Origin: an uncultured Nitrososphaerales archaeon
GTDB lineage: Archaea; Thermoproteota; Nitrososphaeria; Nitrososphaerales; Gagatemarchaeaceae
Direction: 5' to 3'
NCBI GenBank assembly: GCA_963706445.1
Contig: OY970160.1
Location: 160,001 to 224,000, forward strand
DNA: 64,000 nucleotides
Under the pieces are notes generated by a model. That model worked only from the letters and a program-made list of their open reading frames with translations. It was not told where the DNA came from and made no database searches. Position 1 is the first letter of the stretch; every line of letters begins with the position of its first letter. This document shows positions 1-8,555 of this stretch, piece by piece. The position numbers and the translations under genes are program-made.

Positions 1-1094
1 AGTCACTCCCCATCGACTCGAACACACTCATCAGCCTTCTCTGGGTAGCCTCGTTCGTCGCATTCTTCTTCTACGGCACAAGGCTGCAGACGTACAACGC
101 AATCCGGGACGTCGGACATGGCTTGAACAAGCTGCAGGTGATGAAGGAAAAGTCGAGGAAGGAGGCCATCGACTACCTGGTCAACGTTGGGAAGGCTCCC
201 GCGGACCCGACACAGAGGATAGACCAGTTCCTTGACTACGTGACAATAATGCCCGTCGACATAGACCCGGCGGGGCTGGTGGGGAAGATCGACCACGTCG
301 TCACCACCAACAACGACAGGGTAAGGGCGGAGGTGGGGGCGCTGGTGGGGCAGAACAACCCCGTCACCGTTTCGATATCAGAGAACCTGCTGGAGGTCGC
401 GACTTCCCTCAACCTGATCCACAAGATAGTCCGGCACTTCTACCTCCTGGGAAAGAAGACCAACTCGTACATCACTCTGCTGCAGCTGCAGATGCTGATG
501 CCCATGATCATTCAGGAGGCGGACGCCCTCCTCAACGCCGTCGACTCGTTCAAGCTCGGTCAGCCCGTTGGGGACGGGATCGGTCCGGTGATCGTTTCGA
601 AGTACATGACGGGGAAGGAGAAGCGCGTCATCGCAAAGGACACTGTCATGGCAGTGACGGAGTACAAGGGGAGGAAGCTCTACGTCCTGAAGGCTGACGG
701 GCCAATGGCCTATGTGGGCCAGCCAGGCGTGGGCATCAAGAAGATAATCGAGGAGATGGGCGTCAAGCCGAGCGCCATCGTCATGATAGACGCGGCCCTC
801 AAGCTCGAAGGAGAGAAGACGGGCGAGATTGCGGAAGGGGTTGGAGCGGCCATAGGCGGCATCGGCGTCGAGAAGTTCCAGATAGAGGAGGCTGCGACAA
901 AGGCCAAGGTCCCACTCTACGCCATCCTGGTCAAGCAGAGCCTCCTTGAGGCGATCACTGTGATGAGGAAGGAGATTGCGGAGGCGGCCGACAAGGCGTC
1001 CCAGGTCCTCAACCGGGTCATCGAGGAGAAGACCAAGGAAGGGGACGAAGTCGTGGTCGCGGGCATCGGCAACACACTCGGTGTCGCACAATGA
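1..1094 (+). CDS. DUF1512-family conserved archaeal membrane-anchored protein (5'-partial)
   Basis: Frame open from position 3 (…LISLLWVASFVAFFFYG TM segment) into the 123..1094 ORF; motifs GDGIGP, IDAALKLEGE, GIGNT typical of DUF1512. Confidence 0.8.
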   Translation, partial: SLPIDSNTLISLLWVASFVAFFFYGTRLQTYNAIRDVGHGLNKLQVMKEKSRKEAIDYLVNVGKAPADPTQRIDQFLDYVTIMPVDIDPAGLVGKIDHVVTTNNDRVRAEVGALVGQNNPVTVSISENLLEVATSLNLIHKIVRHFYLLGKKTNSYITLLQLQMLMPMIIQEADALLNAVDSFKLGQPVGDGIGPVIVSKYMTGKEKRVIAKDTVMAVTEYKGRKLYVLKADGPMAYVGQPGVGIKKIIEEMGVKPSAIVMIDAALKLEGEKTGEIAEGVGAAIGGIGVEKFQIEEAATKAKVPLYAILVKQSLLEAITVMRKEIAEAADKASQVLNRVIEEKTKEGDEVVVAGIGNTLGVAQ

Positions 1095-1294
1095 TGAGCT
1101 CCGTCCCCGCAGCCGACAAGAAGAGCAAGCTCCTAGTATACACCATCGAGGAATGCCCGGTCTGCGGCCAGAAGACGAAGCGCGCCTTCACGGTCGGGGA
1201 TTACATCACGAAGGACGGGGGCAAGTGCACGAAGTGCTCGAACCAGACCAGGGTCAGCCTGGTGTACGCAGAATCCACGAAGCCCTCAAGTTAA
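1091..1294 (+). CDS. Small zinc-ribbon protein
   Basis: CPVC…CTKC; overlaps the DUF1512 stop (ATGA coupling). Confidence 0.75.
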   Translation: MMSSVPAADKKSKLLVYTIEECPVCGQKTKRAFTVGDYITKDGGKCTKCSNQTRVSLVYAESTKPSS

Positions 1295-2179
1295 GACGAC
1301 AAGCCCTCCGTCTTCGAGGGCCATGGTATGCTCAAACTGCGCCACTGGGCTCGCTGAAGCTTCCACCAGCGTCGGGTAGGCACGCAACACCCTCTTGGCG
1401 ACGAGCTTGCTGATCAGCCCCGCAAGCTTGTCTTCTCCATACTCGCCGGCGTACCAGCGCGGAGTGAACGGGAGCGACTTCCTGTCCGCCCAGACCCTGT
1501 CGGCGAACTTGTCGGCCTCGGGGGCCCCAGTCTTCTTCCGCCCCACCAGTGAGAATATCGTCTGGCTGGGGGCGTCCACGACGTATCCCGCTCCCGAGCC
1601 GAGGGTCAGGAAGGGCTCGATGGCGAACACGTCCCCTCTCTTGAGCTCCGGCATCATCGGCATGTAGAGGTTCGGGATGCTCTTCCCTGCGTGTACGATG
1701 TACCTGTCCAGCGTGTGTCCGGTGAGGTTCTCGATGGTCTTGAACCCGAACCGGGCCGCCTCCCTGTGGATGACTCTCCCAATCTCCCCCGGGCGGGTTT
1801 CGTGTCTGGCCGCCGCGATGGCCGCTTCCAGGGCCTTCTGGGTCGCCTCCAGCAGGAGGTTGTAGTCTGGGTTGAACGTCACCGTCACAGACGTGTCCGT
1901 GATGTAGCCGTCGATGTGGACGCCGAAGTCCACCTTCACCAGGTCGTCTTCCCCGATGACCGACTCGTCCCCGTCCTGGGGCGCGTAGTGCGCCGTCACC
2001 TCGTTGACCCCTATCCCAGTGGGGAACGCCAACTCCCCCCCGCGGGATTCGACCTCCCGCCTTACGAAATCTGCGATTTCGAGGAACGGAACGCCCGGCT
2101 TCACATCGGACTTGACCAGGGGGATTACCTCGGCGGTTATCCGTCCGGACTTCTTGTACTGTTCAGGGATCTCGACCAA
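1286..2179 (-). CDS. map: Methionine aminopeptidase type II
   Basis: AFPTG…AHY, KVDFGVHIDGYITD, NLTGH, FAIEPF, AQFEHT motifs. Confidence 0.95.
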   Translation of the reverse strand: MVEIPEQYKKSGRITAEVIPLVKSDVKPGVPFLEIADFVRREVESRGGELAFPTGIGVNEVTAHYAPQDGDESVIGEDDLVKVDFGVHIDGYITDTSVTVTFNPDYNLLLEATQKALEAAIAAARHETRPGEIGRVIHREAARFGFKTIENLTGHTLDRYIVHAGKSIPNLYMPMMPELKRGDVFAIEPFLTLGSGAGYVVDAPSQTIFSLVGRKKTGAPEADKFADRVWADRKSLPFTPRWYAGEYGEDKLAGLISKLVAKRVLRAYPTLVEASASPVAQFEHTMALEDGGLVVLT

Positions 2180-2265
2180 TCTCGCTTCACAAATCCTTTA
2201 TTGCGTTCTGAGGCAAGCGGCGCCTTAGTGGTATTTCAACTGATTTGCCCGACGGAGGCGTGTCG

Positions 2266-2745
2266 ATGAAATACAAGGTTGTTGCGACCGGGGGGACATT
2301 CGACCACCTCCATGATGGCCACATCGCGCTCCTGACGAAGAGCTTCGAGGTAGGCGAAGTCGTGGTGATCGGGGTGACGTCGGATGAGTTCGCCCGCAAG
2401 GAAGGGAAGACCCCCGACCAGAGTTACCAGGAGAGGGTCGGCGCTCTCGAAGCGTTCCTGAAGAAGGCCTTCCCGGGTAGGAAGTACATCATCGCCAGGC
2501 TGGACGACTACTTCGGGCCCGGAATCGCATCTCCAGAAGTGCAGGCGATAGCGGTCAGCAAAGAGACGGCGAAGAGGGTGCCCATAGCCAACGCCCTCAG
2601 GAAAGCGAAGGGGTACCCGCCCCTCGAGGTTGAGATAGTCGACTACGTCCTCGCCTACGACTCGGAACCCATCTCTTCCACGAGGATACGGGGCGGCCAA
2701 ATCGACGCCGAGGGGAGGCCAATGAAAGCCCCTCGAAAGAAATGA
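2266..2745 (+). CDS. coaD: Phosphopantetheine adenylyltransferase (archaeal type)
   Basis: GGTFDHLHDGH, GVTSD, ISSTRIR; ATG at 2266. Confidence 0.9.
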   Translation: MKYKVVATGGTFDHLHDGHIALLTKSFEVGEVVVIGVTSDEFARKEGKTPDQSYQERVGALEAFLKKAFPGRKYIIARLDDYFGPGIASPEVQAIAVSKETAKRVPIANALRKAKGYPPLEVEIVDYVLAYDSEPISSTRIRGGQIDAEGRPMKAPRKK

Positions 2746-2801
2746 AAAGCAAGTAGAGACTAAAGAGTGGTTAAATCGGAACCCCTGCAGGAGAAAGTAA
2801 C

Positions 2802-3932
2802 GTGGACAAGGACACCCTGGACCCGTGGGGGACTACCGCCGTCAAGGACTACGACAGGCTTCTGTCCGAGTTCGGCATCGCGCCCACGGCGCCTCTGCTT
2901 CCACGCTTCAAGAAGCCGAGCCCTCACCTTAGCAGGGGCATAGACTTCGGCCAGCGGGACCTCGGGAGGATCCTCGACGCCGTAGACAACAACAAGCCCT
3001 ATGCGGTGATGAGCGGGATCAAGCCCACCGGGGACTTCCATCTCGGCACGAAGATGACAGCCGACGACATGGTGTACTTCCAGTCCCTTTCGAAGAAAGC
3101 CACGGTCTACTACGCGGTGGCGGACGTCGAGGCGTACGCGGACAACGGGCTTTCATTCGGGCAGACATCAAAGATAGCCACCCGCAACGTGGCCGACATC
3201 CTCGCCCTGGGCCTCGACCCGGACAGGGCGGTGGTCTACCTACAGAGCGAAGAGCTGAAGGTGATGAGGCTGGGGACCGTCTTCTCGAAGGGAGTCACCA
3301 ACAACATGCTCAAGGCGATTTACGGGGAGAGGCAGATCGGGCTCTACATGGCCGCTCTATACCAGGCGGGGGACATACTGATGCCCCAGCTCCCGGAGCT
3401 GGGTGGACCCAAGCCCGTCCTCGTGCCGGTGGGAGCCGACCAGGACCCGCATATCCGCCTCGCCAGAGACCTGGCCGCCAGGTACGACGCTGAGTACGGC
3501 TTCATCCCTCCTTCTGCGATATACCACAGGCTGATGCTGGGCCTCGGAGGCTCGGACAAGATGTCAAAGAGGTCAGAGTCGTCGCTGCTCACCCTGGAGG
3601 ACGCTCCAAAGGACGCGGCCCGCAAGATCTCCACCGCGTTCACCGGAGGCAGGGACACGGTAGAGGAGCAGCGGAGGCTTGGAGGAAGGGCGAACATCTG
3701 CCCCGTCTACGACCTCTATCGCTTCCACTTCGCCCGGGACGACGAGCACGTTGGCCTAGTCTACCACGAATGCACGAAAGGGATCAGACTCTGTGGGGAG
3801 TGCAAGCAAGAGGCAACAGGGCTTGCGAAGGCGTTCCTGGAGGACCATCACAGGAAGCGTGATTCATTGATGGGGGAGGCGAAGGAGTTGCTTGTGAAGA
3901 GCAGGAAGCACCTTTCGTCCTCAGGCAAGTAG
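2802..3932 (+). CDS. trpS: Tryptophan--tRNA ligase
   Basis: SGIKPTGDFHLG (HIGH), GADQDPH, KMSK, FTGGR, LCGECK. Confidence 0.95.
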   Translation: MDKDTLDPWGTTAVKDYDRLLSEFGIAPTAPLLPRFKKPSPHLSRGIDFGQRDLGRILDAVDNNKPYAVMSGIKPTGDFHLGTKMTADDMVYFQSLSKKATVYYAVADVEAYADNGLSFGQTSKIATRNVADILALGLDPDRAVVYLQSEELKVMRLGTVFSKGVTNNMLKAIYGERQIGLYMAALYQAGDILMPQLPELGGPKPVLVPVGADQDPHIRLARDLAARYDAEYGFIPPSAIYHRLMLGLGGSDKMSKRSESSLLTLEDAPKDAARKISTAFTGGRDTVEEQRRLGGRANICPVYDLYRFHFARDDEHVGLVYHECTKGIRLCGECKQEATGLAKAFLEDHHRKRDSLMGEAKELLVKSRKHLSSSGK

Positions 3933-4005
3933 GTGGAGGAATACGTCCGGCTCGCTGCATCCGTTAGAACAGAAGATTCTCGCCGCCCTTAGGAAGACGA
4001 ACTCC

Positions 4006-5430
4006 ATGCGGCTCGAAGAGATTGTGGGCAGGACAGGGTTGCAGGTCGACCAGGTCAGGAGGGCGCTTGAGTGGCTGTCGACCAAAGGATTCGTCACACT
4101 GACGAAATCCAGCAGGTCAAGATTCGAATCCTGTGGCCTGCCTCCAGAGGTCAAAATCGTCCAATTGGTACAGAGCGTGCCGCAACCGACCTCGTTAGCT
4201 GACTTGCGTGCAAACTTTGGCTCAGACCAAGAATTCTCTGCCGCATTGGGCAGAGCCAGGGGCAGAGGATGGGTGACAACAGAAACAGGATCAAGCGGAT
4301 TTACGTTTGTCAAGAGAGGCTCCGAAGATGCTCTGTCTTCAGTGGAAGAAATCCAAGCGCTTTTCACCCATATCACAGGGAACTTCGAACTGTCTGAGAA
4401 GGATAGGGAATTGCTCCCTGAGCTCATCAAGCGAGGATTCATCAAAGAAGCCGAGCAAGCAGAGGTTTCAGTGACTGTCACCCCCAAGGGACTCTCAGAG
4501 GCACTCGGCCTAGACTCCACTGGAACCTTGGACCGGCTGACCCCGGAGGTCTTGGCTTCTGGGGCGTGGAGGGGGAAGTCGCTCAGGCCCATCGACGTCG
4601 AATCGAAGGCCCCTGTCTTCTATCCCGGGCGTAGGCACCCCGTGCGGGATTTCATCAAGGAAGTAAGGGAGGCGTACATCTCGATGGGGTTCACGGAACT
4701 GCAGGGAGACAGCATCCACCCGGGGTTCTGGAACTTCGACGCCCTGTTCATCCCCCAGGACCACCCGAGCAGGGAGATGCAGGACACCTTCTACCTTGAT
4801 GGTCTGACGGACAGGAAGCTGGCCCGGACCGGACCGGTAGCCAACGTTGCGGCGACCCACGAGAACGGCTGGAAGACGGGGAGCATAGGGTGGGGGTACA
4901 CCTGGCGCATCGAGGAGGCACGGAGGCTGGTCCTCAGGACCCACAACACAGTGCTGAGCGTGAAGGCGCTCTCTGAATCAAAGGAGAAGGAGACCAGGGT
5001 CTTCGCGGTGTCGAAGGTTTACAGGAATGAAAACCTCGATTACAAGCATCTTGCGGAATTCTACCAGATGGACGGAATCATCGTCGGGAAGGGCCTCAAT
5101 ATCAGGCACCTGATGGGGTTCCTCACGGAGTTCTACAAGAAGCTGGGGATGACGCAGGTGAAGCTATGGCCCACCTACTTCCCCTACACCGAACCTTCAC
5201 TGCAAGTAATCGGATACTCTAAAGCTGTCAATGCATGGATCGAGCTGTCCGGCTCCGGGGTGTTCCGGCCTGAGGTGACTGTCCCACTTGGGGTCAAGGT
5301 GCCCGTCCTTGCCTGGGGGCCTGGGATCGAGAGGCTCATGCTCATACGATATGGAATGGACGACATCAGGGCCCTCTACGGCAGCGACCTTTCTTGGCTC
5401 AGGAAGAGGAGAGAAATTGCCAGTAGTTAG
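4006..5430 (+). CDS. pheS: Phenylalanine--tRNA ligase alpha subunit (true start probably upstream, ~3943-3955)
   Basis: FWNFDALFIPQDHPSREMQDTFY, LRTHNT, HLAEFYQ, YFPYTEPS, WGPGIERL. Confidence 0.95.
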   Translation: MRLEEIVGRTGLQVDQVRRALEWLSTKGFVTLTKSSRSRFESCGLPPEVKIVQLVQSVPQPTSLADLRANFGSDQEFSAALGRARGRGWVTTETGSSGFTFVKRGSEDALSSVEEIQALFTHITGNFELSEKDRELLPELIKRGFIKEAEQAEVSVTVTPKGLSEALGLDSTGTLDRLTPEVLASGAWRGKSLRPIDVESKAPVFYPGRRHPVRDFIKEVREAYISMGFTELQGDSIHPGFWNFDALFIPQDHPSREMQDTFYLDGLTDRKLARTGPVANVAATHENGWKTGSIGWGYTWRIEEARRLVLRTHNTVLSVKALSESKEKETRVFAVSKVYRNENLDYKHLAEFYQMDGIIVGKGLNIRHLMGFLTEFYKKLGMTQVKLWPTYFPYTEPSLQVIGYSKAVNAWIELSGSGVFRPEVTVPLGVKVPVLAWGPGIERLMLIRYGMDDIRALYGSDLSWLRKRREIASS

Positions 5431-7051
5431 CATAAACATCCCCCGATTCAGCAAGATGGTCGGGGCTGAAAGGAAGAAAATCCTAGACAGGCTCCCCTAT
5501 CTTGGGCTCGACATTGAAAGCTTGGAGAAGAGCACCGTCCGCGTAGAATACAGCCCCAACAGGCCCGACTTCGGCACCGACTTCGGCATCGCTAGGGCGA
5601 TGAGGGGGTTGCTCGGCAGAGAAATAGGGCTGCCAAAGTTCGCGACCCGGCCCTCGGGGATAGCCGTCTCCGTCGACAGGCGACTCTCGACGGTGAGACC
5701 ATTCATCGCATGTGCGACCGCGACGGGGCTGCACCTGGAAGACGAGGACGTCCGCCAGTTGATCTCCCTTCAGGAAGACCTGCACAACGGGCTCGGGAGG
5801 AGGAGAAGGACAGTCGCCATCGGCCTCCACGACATGGACGCAGTCGCGCCTCCCCTGTCCTACAGAGCAGTGGATTCATCCTTCAAGTTCACCCCGCTAG
5901 ACGGGAAGAAGGAGATGACCGTGGCGTCGATCCTCGAGGACACTTCGGAGGGAAGTGCATACGGTTCCGCCCTTTCGGGGGCAAAGGCTTACCCGATGAT
6001 AACGGACTCCAAGGGCACGGTCCTCTCGTTCCCGCCGATCATCAACGGGAACGCCACCAAGGTGACGACGAGGACTCAGAACATGTTCGTCGACGTCACG
6101 AGCACCAACAGGCGGGCAGGGGACGACGTCCTGGCAATCATGTCGTCGACCCTGGTCGAAGCAGGCGGAAAGCTGGGAACGGTATCAATCAAGTACCCCG
6201 ACGGGCCAAGGATCACCCCCGACCTCGAACCCACCGCGACACGTCTGGACTTCGGCCTCGTGAGGTCCACCCTGGGGATGGAACTGACTGCAAGGGAGAT
6301 CACCGATTCGCTCCGAAGGAGCCGCCTTGACGTCAAGAACGGAAAGGCGCTGGCCCCAAGATACAGGGTAGACATCCTGCACCCAGTCGACATCGCCGAA
6401 GAAGTGGCTCTCGGCTACGGGGTCGACAGGATCGAGCCCGACTACCCCGCGAGCAAGCGCCCAGGGTCCTTCAACGACTTCGAGAATTTCTTGGATTCTG
6501 CGTCGACAATCATGGCCGAGTCGGGGATGATAGAGATGATGACCTTCGAGCTCACCAACGAGCGCTCCCTCTACTCAAAGTTCCAGAGAAGCTCTTCCGA
6601 GAAAGTGACGGTGATGGACCCGAAGAGCATCGACCACTCGGTCCTGCGGGACGACCTCCTGCCGACTCTCATAGAATCGCTGTCGGCGAATGTCAAAGAG
6701 GAATACCCCCAGAGGGTGTACGAAATCGGAAGGGTGTACACCCGAATCAGGGGAGGAGTCTCGGAGTCTTGGCAGTTGGGCTGCCTCATCGCCCACTCCC
6801 AATCATCCTTCAGCGAGGCGAAGATGTACGCCGAGTCGGTCTGCCGGCTGCTTTCCGGATTGGAGGCGAAGGCCAAGGAGTCCTCGCACTGGGCCTTTTC
6901 GGCTGGCAGGTGCGCGGCCATCTCCGTCGGCGGGAGCCGGCTCGGTATCGTCGGCGAAGTGAGGCCCGAAGCCATCGAAGCCTTCGGCCTCGGCGTCCCT
7001 GTCTCAGGTTTCGAGCTAACCCTTTCGAAGCTGTTCGAACTGCTAAAATAG
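5417..7051 (+). CDS. pheT: Phenylalanine--tRNA ligase beta subunit
   Basis: TTG start overlapping pheS; PNRPD, LQEDLH, SFPPIIN, RVDILHPVDIAEEVALGYG. Confidence 0.93.
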   Translation: MPVVSINIPRFSKMVGAERKKILDRLPYLGLDIESLEKSTVRVEYSPNRPDFGTDFGIARAMRGLLGREIGLPKFATRPSGIAVSVDRRLSTVRPFIACATATGLHLEDEDVRQLISLQEDLHNGLGRRRRTVAIGLHDMDAVAPPLSYRAVDSSFKFTPLDGKKEMTVASILEDTSEGSAYGSALSGAKAYPMITDSKGTVLSFPPIINGNATKVTTRTQNMFVDVTSTNRRAGDDVLAIMSSTLVEAGGKLGTVSIKYPDGPRITPDLEPTATRLDFGLVRSTLGMELTAREITDSLRRSRLDVKNGKALAPRYRVDILHPVDIAEEVALGYGVDRIEPDYPASKRPGSFNDFENFLDSASTIMAESGMIEMMTFELTNERSLYSKFQRSSSEKVTVMDPKSIDHSVLRDDLLPTLIESLSANVKEEYPQRVYEIGRVYTRIRGGVSESWQLGCLIAHSQSSFSEAKMYAESVCRLLSGLEAKAKESSHWAFSAGRCAAISVGGSRLGIVGEVRPEAIEAFGLGVPVSGFELTLSKLFELLK

Positions 7052-7056
7052 TTCAG

Positions 7057-7190
7057 GGCCTCCCGATGGGCAGACGGCTTTCGTTCTAAAGCGCGCTAAA
7101 CGGCCACCTGCGAAGGCGGAAACGCTTTGATGAGCGGATGGTTTACCCAGTCGCGCGACAGACGGAAGCCGTTTGCCCGTTGAAGAGGCT
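7057..7190 (+). ncRNA. Putative structured RNA of unknown class
   Basis: 7065-7084 pairs fully with 7162-7181 (20 bp, four G·U, no A·C, so plus strand); closed by GGCCTC/GAGGCT; inner GCGCG/CGCGC stem and two terminal hairpins. Confidence 0.55.
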
Positions 7191-7274
7191 AGGTGATGCT
7201 CCCCGCTGAAAGCTGGGACATGATCCGGGCTGTCAGAGACGGGCAACAATCTTCCAAGAGGCGAAAGCGACACG

Positions 7275-7763
7275 ATTGACAAGCGCGAGAGGGTCTACCA
7301 GGCGTTCGGGACCTTCCTCGCCGACTTCATCCGCGATCTGAACCACAGTTCCCAGGACGGGTGGTCGCTGCTCGTCGAAGGCCTCCGGGACCAGAGGGCC
7401 TTAAGGAAACTGGGATACGATGGGCCTCTTGTGACCGTCTCCCTGATGGGAAGGAGCGGGCCAGGGGCGTTGAACGGAGCGAAGAAGGTGGTCATCCTCA
7501 CAGACCTGGACAGGGAGGGGACCATCCTTGCCTCGAAGTTCGTCAGGAGCCTTGGCCATGAAGGGGTCCGAACAACGCTCAGCGAGCGCAGGAGACTGAA
7601 GGCTGCCTCACGGGGGATCTTCCTTCACGTCGAGAACCTCTCGAGGTTCGCTCGGCCGGATGGAATCCGCTGGGAGCCGGTCGTCGGCGACACGCCGCCC
7701 AAGCCTGGCAAGCCCTACGTGGAAGGGCTGAGACGATTCAGGAGAAGGAAGACCTCTGAATAG
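7275..7763 (+). CDS. Small TOPRIM-domain (primase/RNase M5-like) protein
   Basis: Frame extends upstream of the track ORF to include LLVEGLRD; VILTDLDREG DxD motif; start codon uncertain (ATT/ACG/CTG). Confidence 0.8.
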   Translation: MDKRERVYQAFGTFLADFIRDLNHSSQDGWSLLVEGLRDQRALRKLGYDGPLVTVSLMGRSGPGALNGAKKVVILTDLDREGTILASKFVRSLGHEGVRTTLSERRRLKAASRGIFLHVENLSRFARPDGIRWEPVVGDTPPKPGKPYVEGLRRFRRRKTSE

Positions 7764-7788
7764 CGACGTCTTCGGCTGAACGGGCATC

Positions 7789-7796
7789 GGAAAACA
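7789..7796 (+). repeat. 8-bp target-site duplication GGAAAACA, copy 1 of 3
   Basis: Identical octamer at 7789, 10752 and 14298, each abutting a GGTTCTGT terminus. Confidence 0.92.
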
Positions 7797-7929
7797 GGTT
7801 CTGTCAAGTCCTCGTCGGAAATGGCCTGACCGAAAGGCCGTAAACTCTCGTCGGGTTCTATCTCCCTCTCTTCGCACGAAAGGCTGGGTATCGCTATATA
7901 CAATCCCCCTCGCCTTCCTGATACTGTAT

Positions 7930-8412
7930 TTGGTCGGGCTTATCAGCGAAATTGACTTGGGGATGATGGCGCTTTTCCTAACCCTGACCTTCACATATAC
8001 AAAGCCCTTCGAAGGACAAGCTCAAGAAATAGAGAAGTATCTCGAAAACGTAGACCGTCCGAAAGCAGAGATTCCCTACAACATTCAGGCTCGGATAACG
8101 CTTGCATGCGCCATTGCTTCGGGGCTTTTCGTCCTCCACCTTATTCTCACCAACGCGTTCTCCAATGCCTTTGACATTGTCTATTACTATGAAGGAATCC
8201 CACTTCCGATAAGCGTCCTCGCAGAGGCTCCCGTGAGTCTTGTGGTCGCCTTTGCTCTCTATTGGCACTTGGACTTCACATTCTTGCTGGGAAAAGCCCG
8301 AAAGTGGACTCGATTATCCAGCAAGAACCCTGATGATAATGACGATAACAATAATGATGAAGATAACGAGAATAGCCCCGAAAAGGGTAGCATAACCGCC
8401 AAGTCCTCCTAA
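7930..8412 (+). CDS. Hypothetical membrane protein (element 1 cargo)
   Basis: Several hydrophobic segments; frame open back to the left TIR, so start uncertain; 3' end overlaps the convergent gene. Confidence 0.5.
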   Translation: MVGLISEIDLGMMALFLTLTFTYTKPFEGQAQEIEKYLENVDRPKAEIPYNIQARITLACAIASGLFVLHLILTNAFSNAFDIVYYYEGIPLPISVLAEAPVSLVVAFALYWHLDFTFLLGKARKWTRLSSKNPDDNDDNNNDEDNENSPEKGSITAKSS

Positions 8413-8526
8413 TCCGGGGATTTGGCTGGCCGCGCTGAATATGACGACCGCAATCACAAGTATGAAGACTACAGCAATTATCGCAATGGCGACACCGGCC
8501 TGCCCTCTGCGGGGCTCTACCTTCAT
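8314..8526 (-). CDS. Small two-helix hydrophobic protein with class III (pilin-like) signal peptide (element 1 cargo)
   Basis: MKVEPRRG|QAGVAIAIIAVVFILVIAVVIF…ATLFGAILVIFIIIVIVIIIRVLAG; co-oriented downstream of the transposase. Confidence 0.6.
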   Translation of the reverse strand: MKVEPRRGQAGVAIAIIAVVFILVIAVVIFSAASQIPGLGGLGGYATLFGAILVIFIIIVIVIIIRVLAG

Positions 8527-8555
8527 TAGAGTGGAAGTCCTCTCTGCTTTGCCAT

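Noticed and set aside
7118-7136. GAAA and TGATGA suggesting a hammerhead ribozyme or C/D box sRNA
   Set aside because: Order and stems do not fit a hammerhead core, and no properly spaced C/D'/C'/D boxes are present.
7608-7994. Minus-strand ORFs across the left end of element 1, one containing SDEDLTEP identical to ORF 10459..10785
   Set aside because: The peptide identity follows directly from the perfect 24-bp TIR; the ORFs overlap better-supported genes.
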